Of a stretch of DNA of 64,000 nucleotides, positions 1 to 13,899 are shown one piece after another. A program made the translations under genes and the position numbers. Source of the DNA: Eledone cirrhosa (taxonomy: Eukaryota); NCBI GenBank assembly GCA_964016885.1, contig OZ024742.1, positions 344,534,001 through 344,598,000 of the forward strand. Reading direction: 5' to 3'. The notes below the pieces were generated by a model. It was given only the letters and a program-made list of their open reading frames with translations, ran no database searches and was not told the DNA's origin. Every line of letters starts with the position of its first letter. Positions within the stretch are counted from its first letter, which is position 1.

Positions 1-2655
1 ACACACAGATACATACCATGCCATACACACATATACATACCATACCATACACACAGATACACACCATGCCGTACACACAGATACATAGCATGGCATACAC
101 ACAGATACATACCATGCCATACACACAGATACATACCATGCCATACACACATATACATACCATGGCATACACAGAGATATATACCATGCCATACACACAG
201 ATACATACCATGGCATACACACAGATACATACCATGCATTACACACAGATACACACCATGGCATACACACAGATACACACCTTGGCATACATACAGATAC
301 ACACATGCCATACACACAACAATACACACCATGTCATACACACAGATACACACCATGCCGTACACACAGATACATACCATGGCATACACACAGATATATA
401 CCATGCCATACACACAGATACATACTATGTCATACACACAGATACATACCACGCCATACACAGAGATACATACCCTGCCATACACACAGATACACACCAT
501 GTCATACACAGAGATACATACCATGCCATACACACAGATACATAACATGCCATACACACAGATACATACCATGCCATACACACAGATACACACCATGTCA
601 TACACACAGATACACACCATGCCATATGCACAGATACATACCATGCCATACGCACAGATACATACCATGCCATACACACATATATATACCATGCCCTACA
701 CAGATACATACCATGTCATACACACAATACACACCATGCCATACACACAGATACACACCATGCCATACGCACAGATACATACCATGCCATACACACAGCT
801 ACACACCATGCCATACACACAGATACATACCATGCCAAACACACAGATACATACCATGCCATACACACAATACACACCGTGCCATACACACAGATACACA
901 ACATGCCATACGCACAGATACATACCATGTCATACACACAGAAACATACCATGCCATACACACAGATACACACCATGCCATACACACAGATACATACCAT
1001 GCCATACACACAGATACACACCATGCCATACGCACAGATACATACCATGCCAAACTCACAGATAAACACCATGCCATACACACAGATATATACCATGTCA
1101 TACACACAGATACACACCATGCCATACACACAGATACACACCATGTCATACACACAGATACATACCATGCCAAACTCACAGATAAACACCATGCCATACA
1201 CACAGATATATACCATGTCATACACACAGATACACACCATGCCATACACACAGATACACACCATGTCATACACACAGATACATACCATGCCAAACTTACA
1301 GATAAACACCATGCCATACACACAGATATATACCATGCCATACACATAGATACACACCATGTCATACACAGAGATACATACCATGCCATACACACAGATA
1401 CATACCATGGCATACACACAGATACATACCATGGCATACACACAGATACACACCATGGCATACACACAGATAAACACCATGCCATACACACAACAATACA
1501 CACCATGTCATACACTCAGATACACACCATGCCGTACACACAGATACATACCATGGCATACACACAGATACATACCATGCCATACACACAGATACATACC
1601 ATGTCATACACACAGATACATACCATGGCATACACACAGATATATACCATGCCATACACACAGATACATACCATGGCATACACACAGATACATACCATGC
1701 ATTACACACATATACACACCATGGCATACACACAGATACATACCATACCATACACACAGATACACACCATGCCATACACACAGATACACACCATGCCATA
1801 CACACAGATACATACCATGTCATACACACAGATACATACCATGCCATACACACAGATACATACCATGCCATACACACAGATACACACCATGGCATACACA
1901 CAGATACACATCATGCCATACACACAGATACATACCATACCATACACACAGATACACACCATGCCATACACACAGATACACACCATGCCATACACACAGA
2001 TACATACCATGGCATACACACAGATACATACCATTGTATACACACAGATACATACCATGGCATAGATACAGACACATACCATGGCATACACACAGATACA
2101 TACCATGCCATACACACATATACATACCATGCCATACACACAGATACACACCATGCCATACACACAGATACACACCATGCCATACACACAGATACATACC
2201 ATGGCATACACATAGATACATACCATACCATACACACAGATACACACCATGCCATACACACAGATACATACCATGGCATACACACAGATACATACCATGG
2301 CATACACACAGATACATACTATGGCATAGAAACAGATACATACCATGCAATACACACATATACATACCATGCCATACACACAGATACATACCATGGCATA
2401 CATACAGATATATACCATGCCATACACACAGATACATACCATGTCATACACACAGATACATAACATGCCATATACACAGATACATACCATGCCATACACA
2501 CCGATACATACCATGCCATACACACAGATACACACCATGCCGTACACACAGATACATACCATGCCATACACACAGATACACACCATGTCATACACACATA
2601 TACACACCATGCCATACACACAGATACACACCATGTCATACACACAGATACATAC
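1..2655. repeat. 24-bp tandem satellite (consensus ACACACAGATACAYACCATGCCAT), runs off the left edge
   Basis: Continuous 24-nt periodicity with variant monomers (CCATGTCAT, CCATGGCAT, occasional 23/25-nt units). It explains all MPYTQIHT/HTDTHHAI/YIPCHTHR ORFs. Confidence 0.98.
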
Positions 2656-3079
2656 ATACATAGTGATACACATCACGTCACACACAGATACATCTATACA
2701 CACACACATACACACATACACCAAACAAACATATACATATTTGTGTGTGTGCATGCTTTTGTCCAAGCCGTGTTAATGTTAATGTATGTATATTTATATA
2801 CATGCGAGAATGAAGAAAATACACAGGCAAGAAAAGAAAATACAGGCTACTATATGAAGTAGTAATGGCATTCAATTAGAACAATAACAACAATTACAAC
2901 AATGCTATCAATAAATTATTTAAGGAGACCCTGACATTACTTAGGTGGGGGGTATATAATGTATCTAATGTTACGGCGTGTAAAACTAGCTGTCATAAGG
3001 CAAAATGAAGCGTTGGCATGTACAAAGTACGAGTGTATATTGATGTGTATGTATGTGTATATCTACACATGCATGTGTA

Positions 3080-3188
<109 letters not shown>

Positions 3189-3431
3189 AAATATATGCGT
3201 ATATTAATTCGTTAACCTCTGTATTAACTCAACAACTATTTAGCTTTGACAGTGGTCCCACTCTTGTATACTGTTGAAGATTAAGAGAAAGACTGTAAAA
3301 ACTAGCTTATCTTTATAATTTAAAATTGATATACACTACGATACTTTGTACATGCCAACGCTTCATTTTGCCTTATGACAGCTAGTTTTACACGCCGTAA
3401 CATTAGATACATTATATACCCCCCAAGATAG

Positions 3432-5339
3432 GGCCTCAAGATAGTTAATAAACTCGGAATTTCAGATAGGACCGAACCGCTTATCCCGTGCAACCCTACA
3501 TTTAACCTGAAGGATCACAAAAATAACTTTGAAACTAATCCCACCATTAGATTAATATGCCCATCCAAGTCAGACATAGGTAAAATTAGCAAGAACATTC
3601 TAGATAGGGTAATCGCACAAATAAAGGGTAAACTAGAAATCAATTTATGGGGCAACACTAACGAGGCAATTAAATGGTTCAATAAAATACAAAATAGGGA
3701 GACGTGTAACTTCATACAATTTAATATAGACGACTATTATGCATCCATATCCCCAGCTACCCTAGATAAGGCGCTTATATTTGCCCAAAATAACTCTGAT
3801 CTTATCCATGATGAAATTGAAATAATAATAGCGGCTAGAAGGACTATCATAAAATTTGAAAATAACTACTGGGTAAGAAAGGATAGAATAAATAGCTTCG
3901 ATATAACAATGGGATCAAATGATTCTGCGCAAATCACAGATATCGTGGGGCTATTCATAGCACACAACCTACATAAGGAATTCAGTAACCTCCAAGGAGG
4001 AATTTATAGGGACGACACGTTACTTATAGCTAGGAACCTAAACAACCAGAGCATGGAAAGACTAAGGAAAAATATTAGAATATTCTTCAAAAAACTAGGC
4101 CTAAGTATTACCTACGAACTAAACCATAAGAAGGTAAATTTTCTAGATGTAACTCTAAATCTAAATACTGGACTAATAGAACCTTTCCACAAAAATAATG
4201 AAAATCTTGCCTACATTAGTTACAACTCAAATCACCCCAAATCCATAATTAAATCCATAGCACGTAGTATATCCCTCCGAATATCCCGCTTATCCTCAAA
4301 CATAGAAATCTTTAACGAGCATGCTGACTATTATAATGCAGCATTAAGTAGGGCCGGTCATAAAGATAAACTACAGTATATAGTGAATAAGGACAACATA
4401 AACAATCCTAGTAATTCCTACTCCAACCGCTCACATAATAATAGGAATAGCTTGACTAGACATAGGATTAGACATGTAACACCTGGAGTAAACGGCCAAA
4501 ACACTAATAACGTAAACCCAAGAAACAATAGAAGAAACAGACAAAGAAAATACCTATGGTTCAACCCAATATTCAACTCCTCTATAAAAACTAGACTGCC
4601 CTCTACATTCTTTAAACTAATAGATAAACACTTCCCTATCTCGCATAGATATCACAAAATACTCAATAGATCTACGATAAAACTCTCATTCTCAACAGCA
4701 GCTAACATAGAATCACACATACGCAAGATCAACCACAGAAATATCTCTAGTAAATCAATTGCACCTATACATAAGCACAAACTCATCACAACATCACAAC
4801 CACAAGCGCATACAAACGCGCAGCAGCAAAACCCCATTGGGCATATATCACAACCCACTTATAACAGAGTACTAAACAGGAATGTAAAAGCTGCACAAAA
4901 TAGCACCTCAAACTGTAACTGTCACCTCCCAGATAGGTGCCCATTGGCGAACAGATGTCTCGATTCGAGCCTGGTGTACATGTGCACTGTCATCTCGGGT
5001 AACTCCACCTGGAATTACATAGGATCCACCGCGGGTTCTTTTAAGAAAAGATGGTATGTGCACAGGCACTCAGTGAAAAACCGTGCACTTATGGGTTCCA
5101 CAACCCTCGCCAAAAAAATATGGGAATTGAAGGACAGCAACACTAACTACAGTATCAACTGGTCGAAGTTGTCGGCTGCTAAAACCTATAGTACAGGGAT
5201 GTCCCATTGCGGGCTATGTGATCTTGAGCTATTGTATATCCTTAGAAATGTTAAAAGGCTGCTTAACAATAAGTTAGAAAGATCTATCTTCTGCAGACAT
5301 AGAATAGCCACTAAATTTATAAGATTCAAACCTCCGTGA
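3432..5339 (+). pseudogene. Penelope-type reverse transcriptase + GIY-YIG endonuclease ORF (N-terminus missing)
   Basis: Frame is open from 3432. Motifs: LKDHK..F..NPT.RLI.PSKSDIG, FNIDDYYASI (motif A Asp appears as Asn), MGSND, YRDD, NFLDV, WFNP, CNC..CPL..CL, VY..YIGST..FKKRW..H, CGLC..E. Confidence 0.9.
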
Positions 5340-5667
5340 ATCGAACCAACATAACATAGCTTTAAATTAGGATACCTACTACCCACAGAAATATATTCAT
5401 TAAGTATACTATATCCTTTACAAGTCTATACCACACAATTGTCTGTAAGTACCTCATCTACCAACAATCTTACTCCTTCTCAGCTGCTGCCATCATTTGA
5501 TCCTAAATCCTAGTTTTTCTCATTTCACTACTACAATGTTACTTTACCTTCTTTTTGCCATAATTACAATTAGCACGCTTATCTCTTTGCATGTATGTAT
5601 ATTTTTGTACGAGTGTATATTGATGTGTATGTATGTGTCTATGTACACATGCATGTGTATATATGTG

Positions 5668-5724
<57 letters not shown>

Positions 5725-6107
5725 AAATATATGCGTATATTAATTAGTTAACCTCTGTATTAACTCAACAACTATTTTGCTTTGACAGTGGTCCCACTCA
5801 TGTATAGTGTTGAAGATGAAGAGAAAGACTGTAAAAACTAGCTTATCTTTATAATTTAAAATTGATATACACTACGATACTTTGTACATGCCAACGCTTC
5901 ATTTTGCCTTATGACAGCTAGTTTTACACGCCGTAACATTAGATACATTATATACCTCCCACCTAAGTAATGTCAGGGTCTCCTTAAATAATTTATTGAT
6001 AGCATTGTTGTAATTGTTGTTATTGTTCTAATTGAATGCCATTACTACTTCATATAGTAGCGTGTATTTTCTTTTCTTTTCTTGCCTGTGTATTTTCTTC
6101 ATTCTCG

Positions 6108-6220
6108 CATGCTCCGAAGATCTGACTGGTTATAATTCTGTATTGGCGATCGAGTAACGCAAAATTAAGCGAATAGCGATCTCTAGACATACCAGTTCAG
6201 TGAAACAAATGTAAGCTATG
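6108..6220 (+). ncRNA. Type I hammerhead ribozyme variant (CCGAAGA core, extended stem II) in the Penelope 3' pLTR
   Basis: CATGCT-CCGAAGA-tCTGACTGGT...ACCAGTTCAGt-GAAAC-AAAT-GTA|AGCTATG; predicted cleavage after 6213. Confidence 0.7.
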
Positions 6221-6441
6221 TGATTAAAAACTTTTTTGTATAGCAAACCATGTAAACCTTCTTTCCTGATTTATTATTACTCCAAGTGTTTACAACATAG
6301 GAATTACGGCATACCCGCAGCATCACTATGAAAACGCCTTGTTGAGTCAAACCAAGCCAAGCGTTAAGATTATCCACTACCTGGAATACCATAACTGGAC
6401 TTCACCTAAGTGGACTGCATTTAACTATTATTTGTTAATCC

Positions 6442-6487
<46 letters not shown>

Positions 6488-6545
6488 GGAATAGAATGAA
6501 ACGAAATTTCATTTCTCACTCTTAGTACGGCAGTTACTGAAATAA

Positions 6546-6902
6546 AAGTATGTATGTATGTATACGTGCATACATAGATGTATACAGACGTACAGTAGTA
6601 TGTATATATATATACACACATGCACACATATATATATATGGACGTATCGGTTTACCGCACATTTATTATAATGCTCGGTTTCTTTGTATACAAACAAACA
6701 CCCAAAAAGATGACGGGGTTGCCTAAACACTGTTCGGCGTAATTCGGGCTGTTTGTTTGTTTACAAATAAACCCAGCATTATAATAAATGTTCGGTAAAC
6801 CGATACGTCCATATATATATGTGTGCATGTATGTATATATATATACATACTACTGTACGTCTGTATACATATATGTATGTACGTATACATACATACATAC
6901 TT
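6546..6902. repeat. Fold-back inverted repeat (~155-bp arms, ~49-bp spacer), MITE-like
   Basis: 6546-6700 is the reverse complement of 6750-6902 (GGACGTATCGGTTTACCG / CGGTAAACCGATACGTCC). Confidence 0.85.
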
Positions 6903-6918
6903 ATATATATATATATAT

Positions 6919-7636
6919 ATAATAAAGAATTCATATCTAGTAACATATATATACATACAAATGCATATCGATGCTAGCAAATATATAGGTTTTGTCTTAA
7001 TAACATTGTGGTTCAATGCATGGGGTTGCAGAACAATAATATAAGAGACGTAAAATAAGAAAATTATAAAATTAACTTACTTACTAAAATATCACTTCCA
7101 ACTAATTAGTTTCTGCAATGGAGTAGATACATCTTCCGAAGAAGGTGTAGAGAAACATCCCGTCATCAGGAAAGTCAATTCTCATATAAGTTTCCAGGCA
7201 AAGCGAGGACACTGGAAGCTTATTAAAAAATAAATCAGTGAATAGGAAATAGCAAAGCGTGGACTTAATTCCTAGCCATTGAGAAAATCACTGCCTCTGT
7301 GTCCGTGGCAAATTCAAAAAGAATTGAACACGTGACATCGAGGTCAATCGGTGGAAAGTGGGTTGTTAATAAGACAGCGGCCAGCCTACTACTGTAGCAG
7401 CAGTCATGGCCAGTATTGCTCGACAAAAGATTTGGAGATAATAATAAAGAATTCATATCTAGTAACATATATATACATACAAATGCATATCGATGCTAGC
7501 AAATATATAGGTTTTGTCTTAATAACATTGTGGTTCAATGCATGGGGTTGCAGAACAATAATATACGAGACGTAAAATAAGAAAATTATAAAATTAACTT
7601 ACTTACAATATAACAATATATTGTAAGTAAGTTAAT
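6919..7636 (-). mobile_element. Non-coding retrozyme/pLTR-like unit: 166-bp direct repeats at 522-bp period with a terminal hairpin
   Basis: 6919-7084 matches 7441-7606. Hairpin at 7593-7636; hammerhead motif between the repeats; flanked by (TA)n. Confidence 0.65.
7094..7175 (-). ncRNA. Type I hammerhead ribozyme candidate
   Basis: Minus strand reads ACTTTC-CTGATGA-(49 nt)-GAAAC-TAATTA-GTT|GGAAGT. Stem III ACTAATTAGT is palindromic; stem II is imperfect. Confidence 0.6.
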
Positions 7637-7638
7637 AT

Positions 7639-7810
<172 letters not shown>

Positions 7811-8930
7811 GCAGAGGTTATATTTATTTTGTTGGGATTCAACAACCTTAAACATTTTTAAAGATTTTTTAAAAGGTTTTTTTTTATTTTTTTTTTAAAT
7901 AATTTTTAAAAGGTTTTTTTAAAAAGGTTTTTTAAAAGATTATTTAAAAGTTTTTTTTATGTATCCTTGGAATCATTTGAGTTCTTAAAAAATCACTTCT
8001 AACTTCCTTTATACTTCCTTACTGTTTTTATAATCTAATTAAGTAGTTATTCCTTTGTAAACTCTCGTAACTTTTCATAAATTTGGAATTATTTCGATGT
8101 TTAAGTTTTGACTTACAACTATTAATATATATAATTTTGCCAAACTTACTTTAATCAAATAAACTATACTAGATTTTCTCTAATGTAAAATACTATACAT
8201 TTAAATAATTTATAATCCATAACATACACATCTAAACCAATATATTATTTCTAATACACCTTAATATAATATAAATACTTCTGTTTTAATTTTAATTTTT
8301 TTATTTTTTTATTTTAAATTTTAATATTAATATTAAATTAAATTTTTAATATTAAAGTAAATTTTAATCTTTAAATTTGATTTTTAATTTTAATTTAACT
8401 TTTCAACTTATTATAAATATTATAATCACAACGTAATGAACCCTATATTCTAAATATTATTCTTCCACGTTAATCTTATTTCTTCTTTCACTTCTTCGTT
8501 CACTTAGATATATTTATGCTATGTATATTCTTCCATTAACATTTATTTCCTCGTTCACAATCACTATGTATAATCGTTCTTTCTTTCTTCTTCTCTCTTT
8601 CTTCTCCCTTTTCTTCACTCTCCCTTACATATCATCTTTCTTCCAACGGTTTAATTTAAATACACCGTTATCTTTTTAACTTTTCGGACACTCATTTGCA
8701 TACTTACTCATAACTTTGTATTACCCTCAATAAAATATTATCTCCACTATCCAGGAAGCTCCAACCGTTAAGGTTGTCTTTTTTCGGGTATGTCAATATT
8801 TATTTATAAAACAAATCTGTATTTTATCTGATGAAAGCGCACCATAATTTGCCTTGGTTGCCTTTGAAATATATATAATAAAATAAATATGGTTTTATAA
8901 ATATAGTTTCCATTTATTAATATATTATGT
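7811..8930 (+). mobile_element. AT-rich Penelope-derived pLTR segment with hammerhead
   Basis: 8762-8930 is homologous to the palindrome arms at 52951-53304; 7811-7855 is homologous to 52861-52905. Confidence 0.6.
8820..8885 (+). ncRNA. Minimal type I hammerhead ribozyme, canonical core
   Basis: TATTTTAT-CTGATGA-AAGCGCACC...GGTTGCCTTT-GAAAT-ATAT-ATA|ATAAAATA. Perfect 8-bp stem I and a palindromic loop III. Confidence 0.88.
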
Positions 8931-9033
8931 GCATATATATATGTATATATATGTATATATATATATATGTGTGTGTATATATACATGTATATATATATAT
9001 ACATGTATATATATATATATACATGTATATATA

Positions 9034-9526
9034 TGTACAGCCACCGGAAATAACAGCTGTGAAATATACAGCGCCATCTACCTGTTAGCTAGCTACTCAA
9101 CGTGAAACAAAAGAACCCTTAGAACCTACTAGAATTAGAACCTACCAGAATAAACGCCTAGACATCGACTAAACAACAAAGGATTGTTCCTGTATAAATA
9201 GAGTGGTTCATAACACTTTCGCCAGTCGACTTTTGGCAGAGTCAGCTAGCGCATCGTTGTTCCTTTACTCTGCCACGCTTTGTCACTCACACACGCATTG
9301 CCTTGTACCCCGTATCGTTGCTTCATGTGAAAATAAATAGCTGATCGAATTTACATCTCGCCTTGCTTCGTCCTTTCAACCTGTGCTTTCGTCTGTCCAT
9401 CCTCAACAGTTCTTTTAAGGGCTATCTTCATATCTGATCAGACCGTATGCGATAACAGTCCTTCTAAGGACTATTCTCGGATCTGATCAGAAGTAGTGAC
9501 TAGACTGACCAACCAGTGTCGCTACA
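9034..9526 (+). repeat. Gypsy 5' LTR (493 bp)
   Basis: TGTACAGCC...GTCGCTACA; carries a 16-bp internal duplication absent from the 3' LTR. Confidence 0.95.
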
Positions 9527-9528
9527 AT

Positions 9529-9545
9529 TGGTGACCCGAACGTGA
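9529..9545 (+). promoter_or_regulatory. Primer-binding site, tRNA-Trp-like
   Basis: TGGTGACCCGAACGTGA 2 nt after the LTR; close to the tRNA-Trp PBS TGGTGACCCCGACGTGA. Confidence 0.8.
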
Positions 9546-9585
9546 GTCGAACGCGCAACCAGACAGCACCTAAGAAAATATCAAC

Positions 9586-9924
9586 ATGGACATGTCACAA
9601 ACGACAGAAGCCGAGATTTCAGAGCTGCGGGCTATGATCAGAGAGCGGGCTGGTCAAATTAAAGCCCTCTCGAATCAAGTAGAGAACTTGACCTTTCAAA
9701 CACACCGGCGACGCTGCAACAATCGATCCAGGCCTTTTCACAGTCGAAGATCCAGTAGTCCCAGGCAAAATCGTGTGCCTGGAAACCTCTGTTGGTATCA
9801 CACAAATTTCGGCGCACAGGCATCTAAGTGCAAAGCCCCGTGCTCTTTCCGGAATGCCACCCAGGGCCTAGCGACGACGTTCACCCCTGGTACTGTAAAG
9901 AAAAGTCGTCTATTTTTTTATTAA
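9586..9924 (+). pseudogene. gag: Truncated Gag (C-terminal Cys/His motif only)
   Basis: RSR-rich stretch followed by CWYHTNFGAQASKCKAPCSF; only 112 aa. Confidence 0.75.
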
Positions 9925-11209
9925 CGACCAGGCGACAGGCATCCGATACCTCGTTGATACAGGAGCCCAGGTCAGTGTTATTCCGGTTTCACTGATCTCG
10001 GGCAAAAGACACCCAACCCCATCCTTTCTGCAGGCAGTGAACCAATCGTCAATTCCGACTTTCGGGGAGAAGTCTCTGACCCTCAATTTAGGCCTGAGGC
10101 GGCGTTTTCAATGGGTGTTCGTCGTGGCAGACCTGCCGACCCCGATCCTAGGAGCCGATTTTCTCCACCACTTCAACCTTCTGGTGGATATGAAGAACCG
10201 GAGGCTTATTGACACCACCACAAACCTCACTGTGAGAGGTATATTTACGATGCAATCCACAGTGAGCCCTGTAATTCGCCAGTCAGAGCCTTCGCGGTAC
10301 AACGGCAATCTCCAGAAATACCCAGACATCACTCGCCCGGTATTTAAGGATGGTCCAATTAAGCATAGTGTCACACACCACATCGAGACAAAGGGACCAC
10401 CCACAGCTGCCCGACCAAGGAGACTGCCTCCAGACCGATTGAGAATCGCCAAGCAGGAGTTCCAACACATGCTGGACCTCGGAATCATTCGCCCTTCCTC
10501 CAGCAACTGGTCTGCACCCCTACACCTTGTTCCAAAAAAAAACGAGAATGATTGGCGACCATGTGGGGATTATCGTGCACTTAACAATTCTACAGTGCCC
10601 GATAATTACCCTGTACCTCACCTGCACGATTTTTCTGCCTCTCTGCAAGGCGCACGTATCTTTTCCAAGGTAGATCTGGTGCGTGCATATAACCAGATAC
10701 CTATGGAGCCTGCAGACATTCCGGAGACCGCAATCACAACACCGTTCGGTTTATTCGAATTCCTGCAAATGCCGTTCGGTCTGCGCAACGCTGCACAAAC
10801 TTTTCAGCGGTTCATTGACACCGTGTTACGCGATCTACCCTTCGTATACGCGTATATTGACGACGTACTGGTGTCAAGTGCTTCCGAGAATGAACACGAG
10901 AAGCACTTAGATCTCCTTTTCCGACGTTTGGCTGAGTACGGTATCATCATCAACCACAGCAAGTGCCTTCTCGGCGTTCCTTCACTGTCCTTTCTCGGGC
11001 ACATCATCGATAAATACGGCATTCGTCCACTTCCCGAGAAAGTAGAAGCTATCCGCAGTTTTCCCGCACCTACATCACTTCGGAAACTGCGTGAATTCCT
11101 CGGTCTGGTGAATTTTTATAGGCGGTTCATTCCTCATTGTTCCGACGCAGCCAGACTCCTCACGGACCTTCTTCGTAACCGGACTCGCAAAACGAAGAGA
11201 TCACTCTAA
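9923..11209 (+). pseudogene. pol: Pol part 1: aspartic protease + reverse transcriptase
   Basis: [49 protein letters not shown]; frameshift near 11190. Confidence 0.93.
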
Positions 11210-11247
11210 GCGAGGAAGAATTAACATCTTTTAACCGCCTGAAGGAA

Positions 11248-12978
11248 ATGTTGGCAAACGCTTCCATGCTCGTTTTCCCCTGGTCTGGCGCTCCTCTTTC
11301 GCTGCTAGTGGACGCATCAGACACGGGGGTTGGAGGCGTTCTACAACAATATGTCGACGGCGTGTGGCAACCCTTATCCTTCTTTTCTAAGCGGTTGCAA
11401 CCGGCAGAAACGAAATACAGTACCTTTGGCCGCGAACTCTTGGCAACCTATCTTTCGGTTAAGCATTTTCGGCACTTGCTCGAACGATTAGATTTCGTGA
11501 TTTACACGGACCATAAACCACTAGTTTATGCGTTCCGTACCAAACCTGATCGACATTCACCGAGAGAACTCCAACACCTGGATTTTGTCTCCCAATATTC
11601 AACTGATATTCGGCATATCAAGGGATCAGACAACGTAGCAGCCGACGCCCTGTCCCGAATCCAGCTGAACGCAATACATGTGCATTCAGGCATCGACCTT
11701 CAACAAATCGCAGCTGACCAAGAGACTGACGAAGAGTTTATGAAACTCCGAGATTCGCCATCTCTCAAGTTTCAGCAAGTTCCCATTCCTTCTTCTCCGG
11801 GACAAATTTGGTGCGACCTTTCTACCGGTCATGAACGACCGTACGTACCACAGATGCATCGTCGACAAGTTTTTTCTGCTTTACACTGCGTGTCTCACCC
11901 GGGAATCCGGGCTACACAGAAACTTATCTCTGCTCGTTTTGTGTGGACTAACATTAACAAGGACGTGTGCGACTGGTCCAGGAGCTGCATTGCCTGCCAG
12001 AAAGCCAAAGTCCACAGACACATCAAAACTCCACTCGGCACATTCGCGCAACCTGATGCACGTTTTCATCATGTGCATATCGACATCGTCGGACCTCTAC
12101 CACCATCACAGAACTACACACACTTGCTCACCTGCATCGATCGATTTTCTCGTTGGCCTGAGGCTTTTCCCGTAAATGATACCTCAGCAGAAACAGTCGC
12201 TAAAACTTTGGTTTTACACTGGGTATCACGTTATGGCGCCCCAGCGAAGATAACAACGGACAGAGGACGCCAATTTGACTCTCACCTCTTCAGAGAACTG
12301 ACTCGCCTGTTAGGATGTAAACACATCCGCACGACAGCTTATCACCCGCAAGCTAATGGTCTCGTAGAAAGATTCCATCGCCAATTGAAAGCTGCAATAA
12401 AAGCATATCCAGACAAGACACACCGGTTTGAATACCTACCACTCATCCTTCTGGGCATTCGTTCCACCGTTAAGGAGGAATTCGGACACACACCTGCAGA
12501 ATTAGTCTACGGCACCACCCTGGTTCTACCTGGTCAGATGGCTGCTCCCATCTCTCCTCAGGATGTTCCAGACCCAGGATCATACGTACACCGTCTTCGA
12601 CAATATATGTCTCATCTTGCTCCGGCAAGCACCCGTCAACAGAACACGGCCACACACGTACCTTCAGACATTGATGATTGGACACACGTTTTCGTTCGAA
12701 ACAACACCATCTCAGCTCATCTTCGACCTCCATATTCTGGCCCTTATCGTGTTCTAAAAAAATATCCGAAATATTTTATTCTCGATCTAGATGGTAAACA
12801 GAATTCTGTCAGCGTGGACAGATTAAAAAAAGCCATCATGGATACTGTTACAGTCTCTACACCAGAAACTCAAACAGATTGCTGTCCCAGCGAGCCACCT
12901 GTTTCATCTCCAGTCACGAGAAGCGGACGACGCGTCCATTGGCCCGCAAAGTTGGCACAATATGTGAATTACCGTTAA
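11248..12978 (+). pseudogene. pol: Pol part 2: RNase H + integrase
   Basis: VDASD, RELLA, TDHKPL, ADALSR; HHCC zinc finger; DDE core ([21 protein letters not shown]); GPY motif. Confidence 0.95.
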
Positions 12979-13879
12979 CCTCAAGTGAGTTTCTTAATCA
13001 CTCTTCGTGCAAAACATTTCCATTTTTCTTGTGTTTACTATTTCCAGTTTCAAATACAATGAACTTTCTGCTTGAACAATTGCAATTTTTAGTGACCATG
13101 TGCTCATGTCACGAAGAACATTATTTATTATGAACATAAACACTATTTAAGAACAAACATTGTGTATATCATTGTGTATAACATTTTTTTTTCTTCTTTC
13201 TCTTGTTTTGCAAAATTTGTATTTTTCTTGTTCTGTAACATTGATTGTGTAATTGCCATAATTTTTATATACATACAAGGCGTGTACATATTCTGTTTTT
13301 CATGCACACTACAAAACCACATTTGTTTCACCTTTTTGTTCATACACTGAGCAATAGATATTTGTGTCCCTCTAACTCTTACACTACAAAATGTTTTCTC
13401 TTTGATCACGCATTTCACAAATCACAACATCAAAACACTGGCCTTCTGTTTTCACGTACACATTCACTCAATAGCTCGAGAATGCCTCGCTATTTTTTAC
13501 CACATGCATTCGCTCAAGTCATATGCTGTGGAGCAAACTGTTACTTTTAGGCAGCATGTTTACGGCCATTCAGTTCACACATTACAGTTATCTTCACTGC
13601 CCAGTTAGACTTTTTGTCACGCAATTCACAGGCAGCTCAACCGAAATTGCAACAGGCTCATTCATCACGCCTGCATAAATCTGGTCAAAGTCATTTTATA
13701 GTTTATTTCTTTTTTCTCTTCCTGACACACACATCTTGCCATATCATCTCTACATCGACTCTGTCCTGTACTCGATGATCACAAAATTTCACAACGTGCT
13801 GGACAATCCTGGGGCTATTGCCATGACAAATGCACCACTGGCCCATTACTATACGATATTTCGCTCTTTTGTTGTACAA

Positions 13880-13899
13880 AAGAACTGGAAGAGGGCTAA
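13880..13899 (+). promoter_or_regulatory. Polypurine tract
   Basis: AAGAACTGGAAGAGGGCTAA immediately 5' of the 3' LTR. Confidence 0.7.

Noticed and set aside
1-2655. Possible CRISPR array
   Set aside because: Monomers are contiguous with no unique spacers, there are no cas genes, and the context is eukaryotic.
7950-8280. AT-decayed GIY-YIG C-terminus
   Set aside because: Only faint resemblance across frames with many stops; cannot be supported by eye.
9900-9930. Programmed gag-pol frameshift at the T7 run
   Set aside because: Removing one T restores RLFFINDQ in frame, so a homopolymer insertion or sequencing error is simpler.
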